Source: Chloroflexota bacterium (lineage in GTDB: Bacteria > Chloroflexota > Limnocylindria > Limnocylindrales > CSP1-4). From it: a stretch of DNA of 57,204 nt. This document shows positions 8,710 through 17,348 of the stretch, piece by piece (the stretch's first letter is position 1; each line of letters starts with the position of its first letter). Location: contig JBJMMQ010000120.1 in NCBI GenBank assembly GCA_045804705.1, forward strand, positions 1-57,204. The letters run 5' to 3'. The notes under the pieces were generated by a model. The model was not told where the DNA came from. It saw only the letters and a list, made by a program, of their open reading frames with translations, and searched no databases. The position numbers and the translations under genes were made by a program.

Positions 8710-9690
8710 TCAGTGACCCCCGATGAGCTCGTCGAGTTCGTCGCGGTCGAGACTCAGCGTCTCGGAATCGTCGTCATCCGGGTCGTCATCGTCGGTCCAG
8801 TCGATGATCGGGTTCTCGACGAAGCCGATGCCGTCGATCTCGCAGCGGGCCCGGTCGCCGGGCAGGAGGAAGACCGGTGGGTCGCGGAAGACACCGACGC
8901 CGGACGGTGTGCCCGTCGCGATGATGTCGCCTGGTTCGAGGGTGATCGACCGGCTGATGAACTCGATCAGCTCGGCGACGCTCCAGATCATGTCGGCGGT
9001 CGTGCCCTCCTGCATGAGGATGCGGCCGCCATCGTCCGGACCGGAGCCCGGGATGCGATACGAGCGGAGGCTCAAGACTTGCGGATCGGGGATCTCGTCG
9101 GCGGTGACGAGGATCGAGCCCATCGGCAGGAACGTGTCCGATCCCTTTGCCCGGAGCCACTGTCCATCACCGACCTCTCCGTCCGCGAGGGCCGCGGGGA
9201 CACCCTGCCAGTCGCGCGCAGAGACGTCATTGACGACGACGTACCCGGCGACATGGTCGAGCGCGTCCTCCCGGCGAACACGATGAGCGGTCGTGCCGAT
9301 GACGACGCCAAGCTCGACCTCGAGATCGAGAGCGTGGGTGCCTTCCGGGCGCACGATCGCGTCCTCGTCGCCGATGACGGCGTTGGCGAACTTCGAGAAC
9401 AGGAGCGGTCGCGTCGGACCGGGCCGGCCACCCTCCGCGACGTGGTCGCTGTAGTTGAGGCCGACGCAGACGATCTTGCCGGGGACCGGGAGCGGCGCGA
9501 CGAGCTCGACGTCGTCGAGCGGGATCCCCGCGGCGCCATCGAGCGTCGCCGCACGACGCCGGAAATCGTCGAGCGAGTCCGGGTCAAGGTCCATGCCCGT
9601 CAGGAAGCCGTCGAACAGCGGGATCACCCGCTCGCCGACGAGGAGGCCTGTCCCTCCATCCTCCTCACCAAGGTACGAGACGAGGCGCAT
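8710..9690 (-). CDS. Fumarylacetoacetate hydrolase (FAH) family protein with acidic C-terminal tail
   Basis: 326 aa with GKIVCVGLNYSDHVAEG, LDLEVELGVVIG and GDIIATGTPSGVG motifs. The tail is DWTDDDDPDDDDSETLSLDRDELDE. Confidence 0.85.
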   Translation of the reverse strand: MRLVSYLGEEDGGTGLLVGERVIPLFDGFLTGMDLDPDSLDDFRRRAATLDGAAGIPLDDVELVAPLPVPGKIVCVGLNYSDHVAEGGRPGPTRPLLFSKFANAVIGDEDAIVRPEGTHALDLEVELGVVIGTTAHRVRREDALDHVAGYVVVNDVSARDWQGVPAALADGEVGDGQWLRAKGSDTFLPMGSILVTADEIPDPQVLSLRSYRIPGSGPDDGGRILMQEGTTADMIWSVAELIEFISRSITLEPGDIIATGTPSGVGVFRDPPVFLLPGDRARCEIDGIGFVENPIIDWTDDDDPDDDDSETLSLDRDELDELIGGH

Positions 9691-9705
9691 GGCGGGTCTC
9701 CTCGA

Positions 9706-10761
9706 TCAGTTCGAGCTGCTCGGGGCGGCGCTGCTCGGCGCGGCGCTGGAGCTGGCGCTCGGGACGGCGGTAGCGCTGGGTGCGGCCGAGGCGGACGCGC
9801 TGGGTGCTGCGCTGCCTGCCGGGCTTGCGCTCGGTGCCGCGCACTGCTTCTCCGGGTTCGTACGCTCGCCCCACTGCTCGTAGAACGCGAGGATCTTGGC
9901 CTGGTCGAACGCATCGAGCAGCAGGACGCGACCCCAGACGATCGCCTGGAACGGCGACGACATCTGGTCGAAGCGGGCGATGACCGGCGCGATCTCGCCC
10001 TTCGGGATGTTGCAGACCGGGCTGTTCGGGAACGAGTCGTAGAGCGCGCGGAGTTGTGCCTGGCCTTCGGGCGTCGCGCCTGCGCTGTCGCCCCGATAGA
10101 GGATGACGATGCCGCCGTGCTCGAGGTTGTGGAGCCAGCCCTGTGGCAGCACGTTGTCGCCAGGCCCGTACATCCGGGCGGGGATCGGGCCGGCAGTTCC
10201 GGGACGGTTGAAGTGGTTGCCGGTCGCCGGGGCGCAGTACGTGTAGGTCACCTTGTCGCCCACCGCGACGTGCTGCCGTCCCATATCGGGCTGGACGTTG
10301 CCGAGGGCCGGCGTGGCGCCCGCGGCCGGCGAGGCGGTCGGGTTCGGCGTCCACTGGGTCGAGCACGCGTAGGCCGGTTGAGAGGCCGAGAGGAAGACGA
10401 ACGTGGACAGGAGCGCGACACCGGCGAGGGCCGCCACGACGATGATCGCCGTCCGGTAGCGCTGGAAGAATGTCGGCTTCACGTAGGCACGCTGGCGCTC
10501 GCGACGGCCGACGCGGGTGGACGATGGTCGTGAGGTGGAGGGCGTGCCGGGCGCCCGTTGCGTGCCTGTCGAGGTGCCCGTGCCGCCCGCGACGCCCGCC
10601 GTCGTGCCGGCGGTGGCACCGACCGAGGCTGCTGCTGCGTCCGCGCTCTGCGGTTTGCTGGCTGGAGTCGAGCCCGTGCCGGTCGGCGGCGGTGCGCTGG
10701 CCGGTCTGGGGGTCGACGGGCTCGTGCCGGGTCGCTGGCGCCGGCGGCTGGCTTTGCTCAC
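9706..10761 (-). CDS. DUF3105-like membrane-anchored protein with long disordered N- and C-termini
   Basis: 351 aa. A Pro/Ser/Thr/Gly-rich N-terminus is followed by one TM (TAIIVVAALAGVALLSTFVFL). The core contains YTYCAPATGNH...GWLHNLEHGGIVILY, which I recognise as the DUF3105 signature. The tail is rich in Ala/Ser/Pro. GTG start. Confidence 0.6.
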   Translation of the reverse strand: MSKASRRRQRPGTSPSTPRPASAPPPTGTGSTPASKPQSADAAAASVGATAGTTAGVAGGTGTSTGTQRAPGTPSTSRPSSTRVGRRERQRAYVKPTFFQRYRTAIIVVAALAGVALLSTFVFLSASQPAYACSTQWTPNPTASPAAGATPALGNVQPDMGRQHVAVGDKVTYTYCAPATGNHFNRPGTAGPIPARMYGPGDNVLPQGWLHNLEHGGIVILYRGDSAGATPEGQAQLRALYDSFPNSPVCNIPKGEIAPVIARFDQMSSPFQAIVWGRVLLLDAFDQAKILAFYEQWGERTNPEKQCAAPSASPAGSAAPSASASAAPSATAVPSASSSAAPSSAAPSSSN

Positions 10762-10782
10762 GGATGTGCCTCGATGTGGATG

Positions 10783-10812
10783 TCAAGAAACGCGCGCCGG
10801 GAAACGGCGCGC
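10783..10812 (-). terminator. Rho-independent terminator candidate (after small membrane protein gene)
   Basis: A perfect 8-bp GC stem GCGCGCCG / CGGCGCGC (10792-10799 / 10805-10812) with a 5-nt loop. On the minus strand it is followed by GTTTCTT. Confidence 0.55.
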
Positions 10813-10846
10813 ACGGTGAGGGTACCGTCCCGACGCTCGATCGTGC

Positions 10847-11218
10847 TCACGGCTCGTTCAGGTAGGTCCGGACCTCGGGCCGGAGGAGACCCCGGAAGAG
10901 GGCGAGACCGAAGGCTGCGACGAAGATCGCCTCGACGGGAAGGCGGCTCAGGGCGAGCAACGGGACGAGCGGGACGGTGAGGCTGGCGAGACCGAGCGCG
11001 AGGCTCCGGGCCGCCTGCTTCCGCTGCAGGACCAGGGTCATCGTGAAGATCGTGTACGCGAGGAGGGCCATCACGACGAGGCCCTCGAAGCTCACGGGCA
11101 CCGAGATCGCCAGGTCCACGACGGAACGCAGACTGATCCCGATCCCGGCGAGGATCAGGAACGCATAGACGAGGAAGAGTCGGATGCCACCAGGCATGAT
11201 CCGGAGACGGTCGATCAT
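10847..11218 (-). CDS. Small integral membrane protein (3-4 TM), unknown function
   Basis: Only the C-terminal 123 aa of track ORF 10847..11716 look real (MIDRLRIMPGGIRLFLVYAFLILAGIGISL... hydrophobic helices). The N-terminal extension overlaps the GH13 gene on the other strand. ATG at 11218 chosen; ATG 11197 is also possible. Confidence 0.55.
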   Translation of the reverse strand: MIDRLRIMPGGIRLFLVYAFLILAGIGISLRSVVDLAISVPVSFEGLVVMALLAYTIFTMTLVLQRKQAARSLALGLASLTVPLVPLLALSRLPVEAIFVAAFGLALFRGLLRPEVRTYLNEP

Positions 11219-11317
11219 CGGTGACGCATCGTATCCGACCGGCCGCGAAAGCCCTCGAGGCATCCTAGGGTCGCGGAGTGTTACCGTCTCGGCCGTGATC
11301 TCGCCCGACAGCCGCCG

Positions 11318-12820
11318 GTGAGCGTCGACACCCCCGCCTGGGTCCGCGACGCGATCTTCTACCAGATCTTCCCCGACCGATTCGCCGCAAGCGAACGCGT
11401 CCTGAAGCCCGGCCGGCTCGAGCCGTGGGACGCACCGCCGACCTACACGGGGTTCAAGGGCGGCGACCTGCGCGGGATCACCGAACACCTCGACTACCTC
11501 GATGACCTCGGCATCAACGCGCTCTATCTGACGCCGGTCTTCCAGTCGGCATCGAACCACCGCTACCACACGTTCGACTACTTCGAGGTCGACCCGCTCC
11601 TCGGTGGCAACGACGCCCTCCACGAGCTGCTCGACGCGGCGCATGGCCGCGGGATGCGCGTCGTCCTCGATGGCGTCTTCAACCACACCGGACGCGGCTT
11701 CTGGCCGTTCCATCACATCCTCGAGACCGGGGCGATGTCACCGTATCGCGACTGGTTCGTGCTCGACGACGGTCGCCTCGACGCCGGCCTCCCACTCGTC
11801 GCCTACCCGCCGCCCGATGCGCCCCAGCATGCCCAGGGATACGAGGCGTGGTGGGGCCTGCCTGCCCTGCCGAAGCTGAACACCGACCACCCCGAGGTCC
11901 GCGAGTACATCTTCAGCGTGGGCGAGTTCTGGCTCCAGCGCGGCATCGACGGCTGGCGACTCGACGTCCCGCAGGAGATCGACGACGAGGGCTTCTGGCA
12001 GGAGTTCCGGCGCCGCTGCCGGTCGATCCGGTCCGACGCGTATCTCGTCGGGGAGATCTGGGGGGTCGCGCCCGACTGGCTCCGCGGCGATCGGTTCGAT
12101 GCCGTCATGAATTACCCGCTCGGCGAAGCCATCCTGAGTCTCGCCGGTGGTTCCCACCTCGACATGGACGTCGTCAGACAGCAATCCGAGTACGCCCACA
12201 GCATCTATCCGCACGACGCCGCCGAGTTCCAGCGCCGCGTGGAGGCGCTTTCGGTCGCCTACGACCCGGACGTCGTCGCGGTCCAGCTGAACCTGCTCGG
12301 CTCACACGACGCGCCGCGGATGCGGACCGTCCTCGGCGACACGGCCGGCGTCCGGCTCGCGACCCTGCTCCAGGCGACGCTCCCGGGCGCCCCGTGCGTC
12401 TACTACGGCGACGAGGTCGGCATGCAGGGCGGGGTCGACCCGGCCAATCGGGGCGGTTTCCCGTGGGACGAATCGCGCTGGGAACCGGGTCTCCGCGACG
12501 GGATCCGGGCCGTCCTGAAAGCACGAGGAACGGAGCCCGCCCTGCGCGATGGGCCGGTCCGGTTCCTGCGGGCGGAGGGATCCGCTGTCGCGTACGAGCG
12601 GGGCGAGGGAGCCAGTCGTTTCGTGATCGCCGTGAACGCCGCCGACGAGCCCGCGACCATCCACGTGCCGATCGACGGAGACGTGCCCCCGGACCGGCCG
12701 CTCCGGCTCGACCCCGTGGATCTGCCCGGCTTTGGGGTCGTCGGCGTGTCGGCGGTCGCGGGTGGGTCCGCAACTCTCGTGTTGCCGCCGCGGTCCGGAG
12801 GGCTGTTCCGGATCGTCTAG
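11318..12820 (+). CDS. GH13 alpha-amylase-family glycoside hydrolase
   Basis: 500 aa with DAIFYQIFPDRF and the four GH13 regions: VVLDGVFNHTG, GWRLDVPQE, LVGEIWG, LLGSHDAPR. GTG start. Confidence 0.9.
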   Translation: MSVDTPAWVRDAIFYQIFPDRFAASERVLKPGRLEPWDAPPTYTGFKGGDLRGITEHLDYLDDLGINALYLTPVFQSASNHRYHTFDYFEVDPLLGGNDALHELLDAAHGRGMRVVLDGVFNHTGRGFWPFHHILETGAMSPYRDWFVLDDGRLDAGLPLVAYPPPDAPQHAQGYEAWWGLPALPKLNTDHPEVREYIFSVGEFWLQRGIDGWRLDVPQEIDDEGFWQEFRRRCRSIRSDAYLVGEIWGVAPDWLRGDRFDAVMNYPLGEAILSLAGGSHLDMDVVRQQSEYAHSIYPHDAAEFQRRVEALSVAYDPDVVAVQLNLLGSHDAPRMRTVLGDTAGVRLATLLQATLPGAPCVYYGDEVGMQGGVDPANRGGFPWDESRWEPGLRDGIRAVLKARGTEPALRDGPVRFLRAEGSAVAYERGEGASRFVIAVNAADEPATIHVPIDGDVPPDRPLRLDPVDLPGFGVVGVSAVAGGSATLVLPPRSGGLFRIV

Positions 12821-12845
12821 AGGGCCGTGGCATACTCGCCCGGCT

Positions 12846-13457
12846 GTGGCTGACCTACCGATCGAACTCGAACGCGCGCTCGCCGAGCGTCTTGCCCGTG
12901 CCCTCGATGTCGAGGCGAAGATCCCGCGCGCCCTCGAAGCGCTCGGGCCCGTGGCCGGACGCGACGTCCTCTTGCTTGATGGCGCCGACGGGATCCGTTC
13001 GCGACAGCTCGCGGAGCTCGGTGCCCGCGTCTCGTACGGTGTCATCGGCGGCCCGAGGGGCATCGATGCGCCCGCCGCGAGCGCTGACGTCGTCGTGAGC
13101 CTCTGGAGCACGTTCCGTGGCTGGGACGGCGAAGAGGCCGCCGCCGTGGCCCGGGTCCTCCGACGTGATGGGCGGCTGCTCGTCCTGCTCGACTACGGTC
13201 GGGACGACGTGTCGCGCCTGCGCGGTGAGCTGTCAGAGTACGGACTGCTCAGCCGGCGCGATGGCCCGTTCCTGCGTGGCGGCTACAAGGTCCGCGTGGT
13301 CCACTGCTTCTGGACGTTCGGATCGCAGGAGGAGACGACGACGTTCCTCGATGAGGCGTTCGGTGCGGTCGGGCGCGACGTCGCCGCGAGCCTGACGCGG
13401 CCGCGGCTGTCGTACAACGTGGCCGTCTACCACCGCGGGATCGGGGCCGCGGTATGA
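12846..13457 (+). CDS. Hypothetical protein (methyltransferase-like fold with degenerate motif I?)
   Basis: An in-frame GTG at 12846 just after the GH13 stop was chosen over track start 12732, which overlaps GH13. VLLLDGADG resembles a degraded SAM motif I. GC3-rich coding signal. No family recognised with certainty. Confidence 0.45.
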   Translation: MADLPIELERALAERLARALDVEAKIPRALEALGPVAGRDVLLLDGADGIRSRQLAELGARVSYGVIGGPRGIDAPAASADVVVSLWSTFRGWDGEEAAAVARVLRRDGRLLVLLDYGRDDVSRLRGELSEYGLLSRRDGPFLRGGYKVRVVHCFWTFGSQEETTTFLDEAFGAVGRDVAASLTRPRLSYNVAVYHRGIGAAV

Positions 13458-13786
13458 GCGCTCGCAGCGCGCGGCGCGCTCGGCGGATCACGCCAGGGAG
13501 GGTGTTCCTGGCCATCGCACTGATCGGCTCGATCGCGTTCACGGCCTACGTGCTGACCGTCCGGGACGCGTCGCAGATCCCCCTGCTCGCAGCGGGCGCC
13601 GCGGCCCTCGGATTGGTCTTCCTCGCGCTCGCGGCATACATCCTGCGCGCGACGTGGAGGGCCGGGGTCGCGGAGCGGAACGGGCGAGCGGTCGTCCTCG
13701 GGCTCGGCGGCGGAGTCGCGGCGATCATCGGGATGATGTGCCTGGCCGGAGCGATGATCGGGTTCCTGCTCGCGCGGTCGGGCTGA
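13454..13786 (+). CDS. Small membrane protein (3 TM), unknown function
   Basis: 110 aa with an Arg-rich N-terminus and then three hydrophobic helices. ATGA overlap with the preceding gene. Confidence 0.55.
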   Translation: MSARSARRARRITPGRVFLAIALIGSIAFTAYVLTVRDASQIPLLAAGAAALGLVFLALAAYILRATWRAGVAERNGRAVVLGLGGGVAAIIGMMCLAGAMIGFLLARSG

Positions 13787-13819
13787 CGGGGACCCTCTGG
13801 TAGACTCGGCCGGCGCCCT

Positions 13820-13897
13820 GCCCCCATCGTCTAGAGGCCTAGGACGCCACCCTTTCAAGGTGGAGATCAGGGGTTCGAATCCCCTTGGGGGTACCAC
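13820..13897 (+). tRNA. tRNA-Glu (anticodon UUC), CCA encoded
   Basis: Cloverleaf read by eye. Acceptor GCCCCCA/TGGGGGT; D arm GTCTAGAGGCCTAGGAC; anticodon stem CCACC/GGTGG with loop CTTTCAA; T arm AGGGG-TTCGAAT-CCCCT; then A-CCA. Confidence 0.95.
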
Positions 13898-13952
13898 ACG
13901 ACCTGGCTGAGTCCAGCCGACCCCCGCGTGCGCCCCTGCTACCATCGCCCCG

Positions 13953-14306
13953 ATGGAGATCATGGGCATCCAGATCCGGACGATCATCAAGGACAACGTC
14001 GCGGCGCGCTGCGATGGCTGTCGCGAGGTCATCGACGGGACGCCATGGCGGGTGAACCTGCTCGACACGCTCGCCGCCGAATCGCCCGTCGGCTGGACCG
14101 AGCGACCCGTCATCAACCCTGGTCCGTTCCAGTTCCACAGCGATCCGGGATGCGTTCGGCGCTGGATGGCCGGCAGGGGCTATCTCTTCTGTCGGAGGAG
14201 CGAGGTGCGCGAGATCATGCGCCCCATCGCCATCCCCGGGAAGGCCGTCCGATATGGTCTCTGCGACGGGATCCACCGCGACGATCACGAGTTCGTCCCG
14301 GGCTGA
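13953..14306 (+). CDS. Hypothetical Cys-containing protein
   Basis: 117 aa with GC3-rich codons. CDGC...FHSDPGCVRRW is loosely reminiscent of a TRASH/YHS-type metal-binding finger. No confident family. Confidence 0.45.
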   Translation: MEIMGIQIRTIIKDNVAARCDGCREVIDGTPWRVNLLDTLAAESPVGWTERPVINPGPFQFHSDPGCVRRWMAGRGYLFCRRSEVREIMRPIAIPGKAVRYGLCDGIHRDDHEFVPG

Positions 14307-14327
14307 TCGGGCCGCCCCGCCGACCGT

Positions 14328-14357
14328 TTGACAGGGCGTTCTCGCGGCGCATATCCT
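14328..14357 (+). promoter_or_regulatory. Sigma-70-like promoter candidate upstream of the MerR-type regulator
   Basis: TTGACA (14328-14333), an 18-nt spacer, then TATCCT (14352-14357), about 80 nt upstream of the GTG at 14438. Confidence 0.3.
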
Positions 14358-14437
14358 GCGCCCGCCTGACCGAATCAGCGATACCCAGATTCGCCTAGGT
14401 TCGACGACCGTTCATCACTTCATGTCGACGGGTCGGT

Positions 14438-15160
14438 GTGAGCGTATCCCCCCACGCTCTCCCGACCCGTCGGCTCCCCTCCCCGCGAGGCTTCCGGTTG
14501 ACTGACCCCGCTTCCACCGCTCCCACGGCCCGCTGGTTGTCTCTCGGGCCTGCCAGCAGGTTGGTCGGGGTCGATCCGGACACGCTTCGCCGCTGGGCCG
14601 ACGATGGGCTCGTCGAGGCGTACGTGACGCCCGGCGGTCACCGCCGTTTCGACAGGCGCGCGATCGAGACGCTGGTCGCCGCCCGAAAGTCGGGCCATCG
14701 CCCGCTCGCGAGTCTCGGCGCGAGTCCCGAGAGCCTGAACCGGGCCTATCAGCGCTCCTATCGCCCAGGTGCAGTGGCCCACGCCGTCCCCGCCGATGAC
14801 CCCGCGGAGCGCGAACGCTACCGGCGAGACGGCCGGCGCCTGGTCGAAGCGCTCGTCGCCCATCTCGACGCACCGGCCGCGGACACGACGTCACGGACGA
14901 AGGCCGAGGCTGACGCGACCACGCTCGTCGACGACCTCGCCGGCAGGCTCGCGGGCTCAGGCATGAGCCTCACCGAGGCGGTCGGGCTGTTCGTGGCCGC
15001 ACGTCGGCCCTTCCTCGACGAGCTGACCGGTCTCGGCCGGCGGCGAGCGCTCGATGCGGCGCGGCTGGCGGCTCTTTACGAAGCGGCGTCGGGATTGCTC
15101 GATCGGCTGCTGCTCCGGCTGATCGCGACCTTCCAGGAAGCGAGCGCGGCACGACGATGA
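14438..15160 (+). CDS. MerR/excisionase-family HTH DNA-binding protein with helical C-terminal domain
   Basis: WLSLGPASRLVGVDPDTLRRWADDGLVEAYVTPGGHRRFDRRAIETLV is the MerR-superfamily (excisionase-type) HTH. Start codon is uncertain (GTG 14438). ATGA overlap with the following membrane gene. Confidence 0.7.
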   Translation: MSVSPHALPTRRLPSPRGFRLTDPASTAPTARWLSLGPASRLVGVDPDTLRRWADDGLVEAYVTPGGHRRFDRRAIETLVAARKSGHRPLASLGASPESLNRAYQRSYRPGAVAHAVPADDPAERERYRRDGRRLVEALVAHLDAPAADTTSRTKAEADATTLVDDLAGRLAGSGMSLTEAVGLFVAARRPFLDELTGLGRRRALDAARLAALYEAASGLLDRLLLRLIATFQEASAARR

Positions 15161-16266
15161 ACCTGCCCGTCGTCCTGCCGGCGCTCACCTCGATCCTCGC
15201 CCTCGTCTTCTCGCTCGCCCTGTTCGACCAATGGCGTGAACGGCGCGGCGGGTTCCAGCTGATCTGGGCCATCGGGATGGTCTTCTACGGTGTCGGGGCC
15301 GGTTGTGAGGCCGTCGCGGCGGCGTCAGGGTGGAACGAGGCGCTCTACCGAACCTGGTATCTCACGGGGGCGGTCTGGACCGCAGGCTGGCTTGGGCTCG
15401 GGACGGCGTACCTGCTCGGGCGGACCCGGTTCGGATACAGCTTCGCCCTCTGCCTGTTCCTGGCCGGGCTGTTCACCTTCCTCGTCCGGAACAAACCGGA
15501 GTACGCCGGCGCCGGGACGCTCCCGCTGCTGTACTTCATCGCCGCCGGGCTCCTCGCGCTCGCGGTGGCGGTGGAGACGTATTTCGCGAACGATCGATGG
15601 CCGCTGCTCGCAGCGGTCGCCGTCGTCGGGGCCACCGTGCTGAGCGTCATCCTCATGGCCACGACGACCCTCGCAGCCCCGGGCTACGCGCTCGATCCTG
15701 CGACGGGAGCGCCGGTCGCGACGCTGTTCCCGCCGTCGCTTCGGCTGCTGACGCCGTTCATGAACATCACCGGTGCGTTCGCCCTCATCCTCGGCGCGAT
15801 CTTCTCGACCTACGTGTTCATGCCGAAGCGGCGCGTCCTCGCCTACTCGCTCGATCCGAACCAGCCCGGTGACGAATTCCTGTTCAACCTGCTCATCGCC
15901 CCGGTCGCGATCGCAGTCAACTTCGTCGCGTCACTGCCCGGCGCCCTGCGGGCCTTGCTCGCCGGCAGGCTTCACAGCCGCGTCCCGGCGACGATCCTCA
16001 TCGCCATCGGGGCGTTCGTGGCGACCCTCGGCGACACGCTCAACCGATTCGGGATGACGGAGTGGTTCCAGCTCGGCAAGTTCCTCGGCGTGCTGTTCCT
16101 GTTCGCGGGCTTCCTCGTCTCCATCGAGGTCTTCCGCGAGATCCGCGTGCCGTTCACGTCGATCCGGTTGAGCAGGACGCGTCACGAGCCGGCCGGCGCT
16201 GTGGCTCTGGCCGAGGCGTCCGAAGCCGCCGTCGATCGCGCGGCGACGGAGCAACCGGCAAGCTGA
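15157..16266 (+). CDS. Polytopic integral membrane protein (about 9-10 TM), unknown family
   Basis: 369 aa, hydrophobic almost throughout, translationally coupled to the MerR-type gene. Confidence 0.65.
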   Translation: MNLPVVLPALTSILALVFSLALFDQWRERRGGFQLIWAIGMVFYGVGAGCEAVAAASGWNEALYRTWYLTGAVWTAGWLGLGTAYLLGRTRFGYSFALCLFLAGLFTFLVRNKPEYAGAGTLPLLYFIAAGLLALAVAVETYFANDRWPLLAAVAVVGATVLSVILMATTTLAAPGYALDPATGAPVATLFPPSLRLLTPFMNITGAFALILGAIFSTYVFMPKRRVLAYSLDPNQPGDEFLFNLLIAPVAIAVNFVASLPGALRALLAGRLHSRVPATILIAIGAFVATLGDTLNRFGMTEWFQLGKFLGVLFLFAGFLVSIEVFREIRVPFTSIRLSRTRHEPAGAVALAEASEAAVDRAATEQPAS

Positions 16267-16306
16267 GTCCTGGCCGACTGAGTCCGGCCGGCTGACCGGC
16301 CCTACC

Positions 16307-17347
16307 ATGGCGCCGATGCCCAGCACCGTCAGCGCGACTGCCTCCCCGAGGACCACGGCGCCCTCTGCCCTCACCGACCGTCCCCCGGTCGTCGGTTTCG
16401 GCATCGTCCTGCTCGCCGCGTCGTTGTTCGGCACGCTCGGGCCTTTGTCACGCTTCGCCTACGACGCCGGGATGCAGCCGACGCCCTTCGTCGTCTGGCG
16501 CGGCGCGATCGGCTTCCTCGCGGCGGCGGTCTTCGTCGGCTGGCGGATCTCCCGCGGCTCGGAGCGACTGACGCGTATCGGCGACCTCGACACCACCGCA
16601 CGGGTCAGCCTCGCGGTCGCCGCCATGTCGGGCTTCCTGCTCAACCTGTCGATGTTCATCGCGTTCGATCTCGTCACCGTCGCGCTCGCCCTCCTCGGGT
16701 TCTACACGTACCCGGTCATCGTCGCGGTCGTGAACGTCGCACTCGGGCGCGAGCGGATGGACCGCCCCCGGATCGTCGCGCTCACGCTTGCCGTGCTCGG
16801 GATGGTCGCGGTCGTCGCGTCGCAGGTCGACCCGGCGTCGGGCGTTCGCGTCGATGCGGTCGGGTTCGGCCTCGCCCTGGCAGCGGCAGCGTTCCAGGCG
16901 CTGTTCGTGATCATCAGTCGGAGCGGCTACCGGCAGGTGCCGGCGTCGCAGGCGATGAGCGTCGTCCTGGCGACGACCGTCGTCTGCGGCACGGTCCTCG
17001 CGCTCGTCATCGGCAACGGAGCTGGCCTGACATATCCGCTTCGCGAGCCGTCCGTCCTGCCACTGCTCGTGTTCACGGGACTGTTCGCGGCAGCGATCCC
17101 ATCGATCATGTTCCTGACGGGCATCCGACTGATCGGTGGGACGCGAGCCGGCATCCTGATGCTGTTCGAGCCCGTCGTCGGCGTCGTGCTCGCGGCGCTG
17201 CTGCTCGACGAGCGCCTCGCCCCGATCCAGGTTGTCGGCGGCTTCGCCATCCTCGCCGCCGCGCTCGTGCTCCAGAGGTCGGCCGTCGGCGCGTCCGATG
17301 GCACGCAGGACCGGACGGTCGTGGCGCCAGCGGTGGAGGCCGACTAG
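16307..17347 (+). CDS. DMT-superfamily (EamA-like) transporter
   Basis: 346 aa, about 10 TM arranged in two halves. Typical EamA-like Gly/Ala-rich helices and C-terminal LMLFEPVVGVVLAALLLDE. Confidence 0.8.
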   Translation: MAPMPSTVSATASPRTTAPSALTDRPPVVGFGIVLLAASLFGTLGPLSRFAYDAGMQPTPFVVWRGAIGFLAAAVFVGWRISRGSERLTRIGDLDTTARVSLAVAAMSGFLLNLSMFIAFDLVTVALALLGFYTYPVIVAVVNVALGRERMDRPRIVALTLAVLGMVAVVASQVDPASGVRVDAVGFGLALAAAAFQALFVIISRSGYRQVPASQAMSVVLATTVVCGTVLALVIGNGAGLTYPLREPSVLPLLVFTGLFAAAIPSIMFLTGIRLIGGTRAGILMLFEPVVGVVLAALLLDERLAPIQVVGGFAILAAALVLQRSAVGASDGTQDRTVVAPAVEAD

Positions 17348-17348
17348 C

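Noticed and set aside
7744-10533. 929-aa ORF on the + strand spanning the tdh, FAH and DUF3105 region
   Set aside because: It is an antisense shadow ORF typical of high-GC DNA. The translation is Arg/Asp/Gly/Val-rich with no motifs, whereas the minus-strand genes carry clear tdh, FAH and DUF3105 signatures.
10847-11716. 289-aa form of the small membrane protein ORF
   Set aside because: The N-terminal 166 aa overlap the GH13 gene on the opposite strand and look like a shadow frame. Only the hydrophobic C-terminal 123 aa are plausible.
13820-16266. Genomic island or prophage remnant integrated at tRNA-Glu (an excisionase-family HTH lies nearby)
   Set aside because: There is no integrase, recombinase or phage gene. 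I did not find a direct repeat of the tRNA 3' end. GC content and codon usage look the same as the flanks.
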